This document shows, one piece after another, positions 55,082 through 64,000 of a DNA stretch of 64,000 nucleotides. Each line of letters opens with the position of its first letter. Within the stretch, counting starts at the first letter, position 1. The stretch is taken from positions 2,046,001-2,110,000 of the forward strand of contig OZ024755.1 in assembly GCA_964016885.1 (NCBI GenBank), written 5' to 3'. The stretch is from Eledone cirrhosa. Taxonomy: Eukaryota. The translations under genes were made by a program, and so were the position numbers. The notes below the pieces were generated by a model. That model saw nothing but the letters and a program-made list of their open reading frames with translations, had not been told where the DNA came from and did not search any database.

Positions 55082-57680
55082 CTGACTACCATCATATCTT
55101 TCCAGTATTTTCTCTCTGACTACCATCTTGTTTCCTACATATCCTTCCAGTATTTTCTCTCTGACTACCATCTTGTTTCCTACATATCCTTCTAGTATTT
55201 TCTCTCTGACTACCATCTTGTTTCCTACATATCTTTCCAAATTTTCTCTCTGACTACCATCTTGTTTCCTACATATCCTTCCAGTATTTTCTCTCTGACT
55301 ACCATCTTGTTTCCTACACATCTTTCCAGATTTTCTCTCTGACTACCATCTTGTTTCCTACATATCTTTCCAGTATTTTCTCTCTGACTACCATCTTGTA
55401 TTTTCTCTCTGACTACCATCTTGTTTCCTACATATCTTTCCAGTATTTTCTCTCTGACTACCATCTTGTTTCCTACATATCCTTCCAGTATTTTCTCTCT
55501 GACTACCATCTTGTTTCCTACATATCTTTCCAGTATTTTCTCTCTGACTACCATCTTGTTTCCTACATATCCTTCCAGTATTTTCTCTCTGACTACCATC
55601 TTGTTTCCTACATATCCTTCCAGTATTTTCTCTCTGACTACCATCTTGTTTCCTACATATCCTTCCAGTATTTTCTCTCTGACTACCATCTTGTTTCCTA
55701 CATATCCTTCTAGTATTTTCTCTCTGACTACCATCTTGTTTCTTACATATCCTTCCAGTATTTTCTCTCTGACTACCATCTTGTTTCCTACATATCTTTC
55801 CAGATTTTCTCTCTGACTACCATCTTGTTTCCTACATATCTTTCCAGTATTTTCTCTCTGACTACCATCTTGTATTTTCTCTCTGACTACCATCTTGTTT
55901 CCTACATATCTTTCCAGTATTTTCTCTCTGACTACCATCTTGTTTCCTACATATCCTTCCAGTATTTTCTCTCTGACTACCATCTTGTTTCCTACATATC
56001 CTTCTAGTATTTTCTCTCTGACTACCATCTTGTTTCCTACATATCTTTCCAAATTTTCTCTCTGACTACCATCTTGTTTCCTACATATCCTTCCAGTATT
56101 TTCTCTCTGACTACCATCTTGTTTCCTACATATCTTTCCAGATTTTCTCTCTGACTACCATCTTGTTTCCTACATATCTTTCCAGTATTTTCTCTCTGAC
56201 TACCATCTTGTTTCCTACATATCTTTCCAGTATTTTCTCTCTGACTACCATCTTGTTTCCTACATATCCTTCCAGTATTTTCTCTCTGACTACCATCTTG
56301 TTTCCTACATATGTTTTCAGATTTTCTCTCTGACTACCATCTTGTTTCCTACATATCTTTCCAGTATTTTCTCTCTGACTACCATCTTGTTTCCTACATA
56401 TCTTTCCAGTATTTTCTCTCTGACTACTATCTTGTTTCCTACATATCCTTCCAGTATTTTCTCTCTGACTACCATCTTGTTTCCTACATATCCTTCCAGT
56501 ATTTTCTCTCTGACTACCATCTTGTTTCCTACATATCCTTCCAGTATTTTCTCTCTGACTACCATCTTGTTTCCTACATATCCTTCCAGTATTTTCTCTC
56601 TGACTACCATCTTGTTTCCTACATATCTTTCCAGTATTTTCTCTCTGACTACTATCTTGTTTCCTACATATCCTTCCAGTATTTTCTCTCTGACTACCAT
56701 CTTGTTTCCTACATATCCTTCCAGTATTTTCTCTCTGACTACCATCTTGTTTCCTACATATCCTTCCAGTATTTTCTCTCTGACTACCATCTTGTTTCCT
56801 ACATATCCTTCCAGTATTTTCTCTCTGACTACCATCTTGTTTCCTACATATCCTTCCAGTATTTTCTCTCTGACTACCATCTTGTTTCCTACATATCCTT
56901 CCAGTATTTTCTCTCTGACTACCATCTTGTTTCCTACATATCCTTCCAGTATTTTCTCTCTGACTACCATCTTGTTTCCTACATATCCTTCCAGTATTTT
57001 CTCTCTGACTACCATCTTGTTTCCTACATATCCTTCCAGTATTTTCTCTCTGACTACCATCTTGTTTCCTACATATCCTTCCAGTATTTTCTCTCTGACT
57101 ACCATCTTGTTTCCTACATATGTTTTCAGATTTTCTCTCTGACTACCATCTTGTTTCCTACATATCTTTCCAGTATTTTCTCTCTGACTACCATCTTGTT
57201 TCCTACATATCTTTCCAGTATTTTCTCTCTGACTACTATCTTGTTTCCTACATATCCTTCCAGTATTTTCTCTCTGACTACCATCTTGTTTCCTACATAT
57301 CCTTCCAGTATTTTCTCTCTGACTACCATCTTGTTTCCTACATATCCTTCCAGTATTTTCTCTCTGACTACCATCTTGTTTCCTACATATCTTTCCAGTA
57401 TTTTCTCTCTGACTACCATCTTGTTTCCTACATATCTTTCCAGTATTTTCTCTCTGACTACCATCTTGTTTCCTACATATCCTTCCAGTATTTTCTCTCT
57501 GACTACCATCTTGTTTCCTACATATCCTTCCAGTATTTTCTCTCTGACTACCATCTTGTTTCCTACATATCTTTCCAGTATTTTCTCTCTGACTACCATC
57601 TTGTTTCCTACATATCTTTCCAGTATTTTCTCTCTGACTACCATCTTGTTTCCTACATATCCTTCCAGTATTTTCTCTCT
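55082..57680. repeat. 45-bp minisatellite, ~57 copies
   Basis: CTGACTACCATCTTGTTTCCTACATATC(C/T)TTCCAGTATTTTCTCT. Confidence 0.97.
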
Positions 57681-58263
57681 CTCTCTCTCTTCAGTAACTA
57701 AACTCCATCTTTCAAGTCTCTGTTGTGTTGTCATTAATGAAAGTTCTTTCTCTTTTTATTGTTCGGCCAAACTTGTCAAGTGATTTTCCTAATTCAACCA
57801 GAAGTTACAATGACAGCAGCCGTGTTCACCCAAACAATGTTACAGCATTCCTAAATAAACTAGGGATTCCTTCTATGTAGAATTGGTGGTGGTGGTGGTG
57901 GTGGTGGGGGTAAGAGGTATGGTGGCAGTGGTGGAGGTGAGAGGTGGTTCCATTAGTGTAGGTGGTAGTAGTAGTAGTGGTGGTGGTGCTAGTGATGGTG
58001 GTGGTGGTATTAGTAAAGGAAGGTTGGCACTAATTAGAGAAAACATAATTAAAATCAACTTACAAATTCAATTACCCCACTCCCCACACGGTGGCAGAAC
58101 TTAGAAACCTTGTATCCCCATCAACAACACAAGTTGGTTGATGGAATCAAACAAGGGAAAGATTGAATCATCATACACAACCAGACACCCACAACATTAA
58201 CTGGGTCTGTGTATTGAGTACTTATATTGGTACCACCACCAGTAATTCACTGAATCATCAATA

Positions 58264-58300
<37 letters not shown>

Positions 58301-58639
58301 CAGATATACATATTTATGTACACACACACACATATTTATACAGATGCACATATATGTACACACACATACACACACATGATGGCTATCAACTTACGTCCAA
58401 GGAAGATTAATACTGACATTTAAGCCAGGAATGACCCTTACTGAAAAAAAGACTGAGCTGAAACAGAGGCTTATACAGAGATGACAGATTAGATGTGAGC
58501 ACTCCTGCTAATGGACATATACTAGACAAATTTAGAAAGGACCTCATTAACACGTTTAATTACTCTCAAAATTACACTCAGAGAAAAGTTTTAAGATAAA
58601 CATTTTAAGTATCAATAATGACCATTATAATAACAAAGA

Positions 58640-58876
58640 AGGGAAGTGAACTGGCAGTATCGGTAGAGGGTCGGACAACATGTTAGGGAGGTGAACTGGC
58701 AGTATCGGTAGAGGGTCGGACAACATGCTTTCTAGCATAGTTACGTCTCTTTACAGTCTGAGTTCAAATCCCGTCGAGGTTAACTTTGCCTTTCATCCTT
58801 ACAGGGTCGATAAAATAAAGTACCAGTAATACAGTGGGTAATTGCTGGCCTTGTGCCAAATCTAGAAACAATTATA
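58640..58876 (+). mobile_element. tRNA-derived SINE (S1) with duplicated 5' head
   Basis: GTGAACTGGCAGTATCGGTAGAGGGTCGGACAACATG twice (58646, 58690), then normal body. Confidence 0.9.
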
Positions 58877-59121
58877 ATAACAAACTGAGATATAAACATA
58901 TATAAATAACAATTTCTGCCACACACCCAGAGTGTTTAAGAATCTATTCCATAATATCTGAACCAGGATCTCTGACCTCTATTACAGTCTAGGGACCTCT
59001 TGAAGAGCCCCTCCTCCTCTCATGGTAATAGTATTTTAGGAATTGGTGGCTTCTAAGATTAGATACTTGATTAACTGACAACCTACCTAGTTCAACAAGA
59101 CACTAAAGCCACACACACACA

Positions 59122-59158
<37 letters not shown>

Positions 59159-59191
59159 ATCATACATACATATATACACACACATACAAGC

Positions 59192-59258
<67 letters not shown>

Positions 59259-59261
59259 TTT

Positions 59262-59408
59262 ATAGGAAAATGTTCAGGACCCCGAAGGCAGAGCTCAAGC
59301 CGTTTCGGCAGCTATTTCTGGACCTATTACCCACTCTACTACCCAAAGTATTGAGTACTCTGGTGCATTATGGTCCACCTGGTTCCTTACCACACCTCCT
59401 TCGTTTTA
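59262..59408 (+). mobile_element. Family C element lacking the right hairpin arm
   Basis: Left arm to CTGGAC joined directly to tail CTATTACCCACTCTAC; flanked by (TA)n. Confidence 0.8.
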
Positions 59409-59971
59409 TTTATATGTATATATATATATATATACACTTAAACACATATATACATACATGCATGTATATATATATATATATACATATACACACACACATT
59501 ATGTATATATATATATAATAGAGAAAGGAATGTTATCTATTATTTATTATGAAAGGTTCATCTCATCTCAGAAGAGAATCTAAGTGTGTAGTAGTGTGTA
59601 TTTCTGCTAACATAGCACAATACACTTCTTTTATATAGGAAGCCACACTTCGGCAAAAATGGCTAAATCTGTTGTAAGAATATTCATATATTATATTCAT
59701 TAAATATGCCTTTCACGTACTGAGCTGTTCTATACAGCTGTTTTGTTTATATCTATTCCTTAACCAAATTCCTGCTGACAAAAACCATCACTGCTCTATC
59801 TCTGCTAATGACCACCCATGAAATAAAACCTTCTCCTGCCCCCAACAATGATGCACTAAGTGTATCTTCTGTATATCCAGTGTGAATCCTATGAAAATAT
59901 TTTACATTGAGGTAGGATGTCCTTTGGCAAGAAAGTAAAAATCTCCATGTGGCAGATGGAGAAAAAGTTAA

Positions 59972-60386
59972 TTAACCCTATATTAACCGACCATATCCAG
60001 CCAGAATTCTTCCACCTTTTTCTGTTCAAACTGGCTGTAACTGACTGCTCATACTGATGTTAAGGTATTGTTCTCAAAATAAATAATATCAAAATCTCAT
60101 AGATTCAATATTATGTGAGACAAAGCCTTTACTGTGAAAATACAATAGTATATATAGAGTAATGTAAATGTTATGTGAGATATTATGTGAGACAAAGCCT
60201 TTACTGTGAAAATATAATAGTATATATAGAGTAATGTAGATATTATGTGAGGTAAAGCCTTTACTGTGAAAATACAATAGTATATATAGAGTAATGTAAA
60301 TGTTATGTGAGATATTATGTGAGGTAAAGCCTTTACTGTGAAAATACAATAGTATATATAGAGTAATGTGAATGCTAAAGGGTTAA
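59972..60386 (+). mobile_element. piggyBac-type MITE with internal ~60-73-bp segment amplified 4 times
   Basis: TTAACCCTA...AATGCTAAAGGGTTAA; repeated TTATGTGAG..AAAGCCTTTACTGTGAAAATACAATAGTATATATAGAGTAATG. Confidence 0.8.
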
Positions 60387-60884
60387 TGGATATTTGGTTT
60401 CTATTTCTAGTATGTTAGAAAACCATAGAGAAGTTGTTAAATGTATCCTGGAAATATTTCAGTCTTTTAAGTAGGTTTATTTGATTGAACAGTACAGTAC
60501 TGAGTCATCATTGCAACTATATAGCAATCCCACAAATTTCGAGAGGTTCTTTCACCTCTTCCGAATAAGCCACGTGCTTTCAGGAATCGGAAATAAATAA
60601 TTTAATTACTTAAAATAATAACAGACCCAATGATTGGTAGGATTACCTCTACAAAACTGGCAGCTAGAAAATGTGTTTGCTTTCCAAAAGGTCACTTTGG
60701 TTCTTTTTAGTGATAATGATAGGTAGTGAGATGTTTACAAGTTCATGAAATGAAATTATTTACACAAGTAGAAATCAGTGAGTGACACAAGCTTAAATCA
60801 TAAGCTTAACAGACTGAGTATTCTTTCTCATGTTTCCAATGTATTTACAATCATTGCTAGTGCATAATACAAGCCTGGATGGTG

Positions 60885-61045
60885 TGGGAGAAGACTCTCT
60901 GGCATGCAAGATGGCGAGGGAGATGTGTTGAAATAACCATTTCAACTTGGGTGGCCAACTCTGCCCTAAAAGAAGCGAGTAAGGAGGTGGTCGGGGGACT
61001 GAGAACATTGGAAGTTTCCACTGCTACAAGTAGTGTGTGAATATG
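60885..61045 (-). mobile_element. Decayed RLE-type (CRE-like) non-LTR C-terminus
   Basis: Minus LLVAVETSNVLSPPTTSLL...WLFQHISLAILH, resembling the recalled xAVETxG..P....WLFQRISLAI motif. Confidence 0.5.
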
Positions 61046-61984
61046 GAAAGAAGATCAGCAAAGAGGTTCAAGTTTCAAGGGAGATGGTGATTAGTTCCTG
61101 CCCTTGGAGATTGTCAAGGAAACCCAAGGGAGATATGTCATCAGTGACCTAAGTATATTAACATCAACATTAGACAGAGGAATGAATGGAAAAGAAGAAT
61201 AAGGTCAGATTATGATGATTTGATTTTACTAGCATCCATTGTGTCTTCAGTTAAGGAACAGTAGACTAATAAACAGAAAGTTATGCAGTGATGTAGTCTC
61301 GGAATCTACTGGGAAATGTTAAATGATTGTTTGTGATACAGCACTGAAATATTCTAAAAAAACTGACATTCTTCAGAGCAGATGTTTCACGGTTGAGTTG
61401 GACATCTCTTAGCAAAAGAATCTTGTTGACAAGAGAAACAAATAAAACACAAATAAAACAATACAAGAACAAAAGAAAGCAGTGCTAATATTCAAATGTT
61501 TTTTGTTGTTTTTTTAAACTAACAGGAGGTGGAGGGTGGGGTCTAACTATTAGAAACATTAAAGAAAGGACAGAAAATAGAACAAAATTAGAATTTAGTT
61601 CTTCGCTCTATGCAATCGTGAGTCTTATATTGAATAATAATAATGTTTGATTTGTTTGCAAGCAAACAGCCTCATTATGGTATGGTTTTTAAATGACCAT
61701 GACCCTCCTTTTGTTCTAGTGGTGACAGAGACAAACCCACCAGTTATGCCCTGCACAGAATTGATAAACAAGACCCAAATATCTCAAAAGGGTCACTTAC
61801 CCCTTTTGATATGAACCCAACCAAAACTACCTCTGTGTCTATAAATTAAAACCACCCGTTTTAAAGAGGTTCCTAGTAAAATTAAAATTCTCCAACATAA
61901 TATTTTGTAAGAACCATATGTTAAGTTACTGTCTAATGAAATAATTAATAATTTTTACTAAATCTATCAAAATTCTTCATTAAT

Positions 61985-62195
61985 TAATGATTTTAGCACA
62001 AGGCCAGCAATTTTAAAGGCAAGGGGAGGTCAATTATATCAATCCTATTTCTTGACTGGTACTTAATTTTATCAACCTCAGAAAATGGAAGGCAACATGG
62101 ACCCTGAAGGGATTTGAACTCAGAAAATAACAACACAGATTAAATACTGTTAAAGTATTTGAGCCTGACACTCTAATGACTTTGCCAATCTACCA
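61985..62195 (-). mobile_element. Old S1-type SINE
   Basis: GCACAAGGCCAGCAATT...ACTGGTACTT...GGATTTGAACTCAGA. Confidence 0.75.
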
Positions 62196-62829
62196 TTTCT
62201 AAAATTCTTCATTAATTAATAGAAACATATTGTATTGCAATAGAAGAAATACAATCACAAAATGGTTAAAATAATAAAAATAAAAAAAACAAAAAACAAA
62301 AAAAAACAATGTTCTCTTCACCAAAACAAATTTTATGTTAAGAATGGTTTGTGTGTATGTGTGTGTGTGTGTGTGTGTGGTGTTTTAGTTTTAGTATAGT
62401 TTTTAATAGTTGTGTATTGTGTGTTTCAAAGAAAATGAGTGAAATTAAAAAAAAATAGTAAAACTTTTGGATTGGAAAAATGTGAAGAGAGTGGTGGTGT
62501 TGGTGGTGAAGTATTAGTAGTGGTGGTGTTGGTGGTGAAGTAATAGTAGTGTTGGTGGTGAAGTATTAGTAGTGGTGGTGTTGGTGGTGAAGTATTAGTA
62601 GTGGTGGTGTTGGTGGTGAAGTAATAGTAGTGGTGGTGTTGGTGGTGAAGTAATAGTAGTGGTGGTGTTGGTGGTGAAGTAATAGTTGTAGTAGTAGCTG
62701 TAGTAGTAGTAGTAGTAGCAGTAGTATGTTAAGTGTTTGGGATGCAGATACCTTTTGCCTGTTCATGGCAATTAAAATAAAAGTGGGGAGATGAGGAGGG
62801 GTGGTGATGATGATAAGTGAGGGTAGTGG

Positions 62830-63001
62830 TGTTGATGACACTAGTGTCAATAGTATTGATGACACTAGTGTCAATAGTATTGATGACACTAGTGTCAATA
62901 GTATTGATGACACTAGTGTCAATAGTATTGATGACACTAGTGTCAATAGTATTGATGACACTAGTGTCAATAGTATTGATGACACTAGTGTCAATAGTAT
63001 T
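62830..63001. repeat. 24-bp tandem repeat (7 copies) each holding a 14-bp palindrome
   Basis: TTGA-TGACACTAGTGTCA-ATAGTA. Confidence 0.93.
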
Positions 63002-63084
63002 CCTGTGATGGTAGGACTACCAAAAGTACACAACGACAACAACACTAGTAGTAGTAGTATATCAACTGAGGAGGAGGGAGGGGG

Positions 63085-63225
63085 GTAGGGGTTGATTACA
63101 TCGGGCACCAGTATTTAACTGGTACTAGGAAGTATAATAGGTTACTTTGACCTCGGCGGGATTTGAACTCAGAATGTAAAGGGCCGCAACTAAATACTTT
63201 ACTGATTCAGCCAAGTCCGCCGCTG
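63085..63225 (-). mobile_element. Old S1-type SINE fragment
   Basis: GACCTCGGCGGGATTTGAACTCAGAATGTAAAGGGCCG. Confidence 0.7.
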
Positions 63226-64000
63226 GAATCAAACCAATAAAATCTCCAATCAGCTGAACAAACATTATTCCTATCAGTTTCTCTCCTAGAGACTATTCTA
63301 GGGCCACGGTCGGAAATAGGCTATTATAAGATATGAATGGAATATCATAAAGTTAGAGACAGAGAAAATAGTGGTGGGGGGGGGGAGAGAGAGGGAGAAG
63401 CGGGAGGAGAGAGAAAGAGAGAGAGAAGCGGGGAGAGAGAGAGAAGAGGAGAGAAAGGGGGAGAGAGAGAGAAAGGGGGAGAGAGAGAGAAAGGGAGAGA
63501 GAGAGAGAAAGGGAGAGAGAGAGAGAAAGGGAGAGCGAGAGAGGGGTGGGGAGAAAGAGAAAGAGTACAGAGTAGGAAAATAAACGAGAAAAAGATTTAG
63601 AGTGGCTGAGAGGATGAAAATGAGTTGCATGCTGGGATAGCTGCAGGTGATAGCTGTGAATATGAAGTTTAAGAGCAAAAGTCAACATTTAAGATATAAC
63701 AAACAAACAAACAAACATTATTTATTTATTTATCTTTCATTAAGATGGAAGAAACTGAATATTCTGTTTGTTCCCAAACCAATCACCTTACACACACATA
63801 CATATACACATACATACATATACCTACATATACACATACATACATATACACATACATACATATACACACACACACATCTTACACTACACACACACACATA
63901 TACACACATACATACACACACACACATATATATATACACACACACACATACACATATATACACACGCACACACATATCTGTATGTTTTATCTGTGTATAC

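Noticed and set aside
55073-57783. Long ORFs over the 45-bp array
   Set aside because: Stop-free repeat unit; frameshifting variant units show no coding constraint

Overview
AT-rich, microsatellite-saturated eukaryotic DNA. The SINE, RTE-tail and MITE repertoire resembles that of octopus/cephalopod genomes (an inference from recalled repeat motifs, not a search result). The ORF track is almost entirely artefactual: (TA)n/(CA)n/(GA)n/(CAC)n runs and minisatellites. Only one host exon is convincing: a 139-nt minus-strand plexin PSI-domain exon at 7940-8078, so the window is probably mostly giant intron. The rest is tRNA-derived SINEs, decayed non-LTR fragments (RTE, R4/Dong-like, CRE-like), TTAA-flanked piggyBac-type MITEs and about 20 minisatellites, several of which grew from inside transposons. 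The most striking signal is a set of at least six unrelated short (about 200-500 bp) element families. They sit in or beside (TA)n tracts, carry minimal type-I hammerhead ribozyme folds (some intact, some decayed, one only a 3' half), and most have fold-back inverted duplications. This is the architecture of Penelope-like pseudo-LTRs or retrozyme-like non-autonomous retroposons. One family carries a U3-A8 compensatory variant of the catalytic core with a covarying stem II. No ribozyme activity or database identity has been tested.
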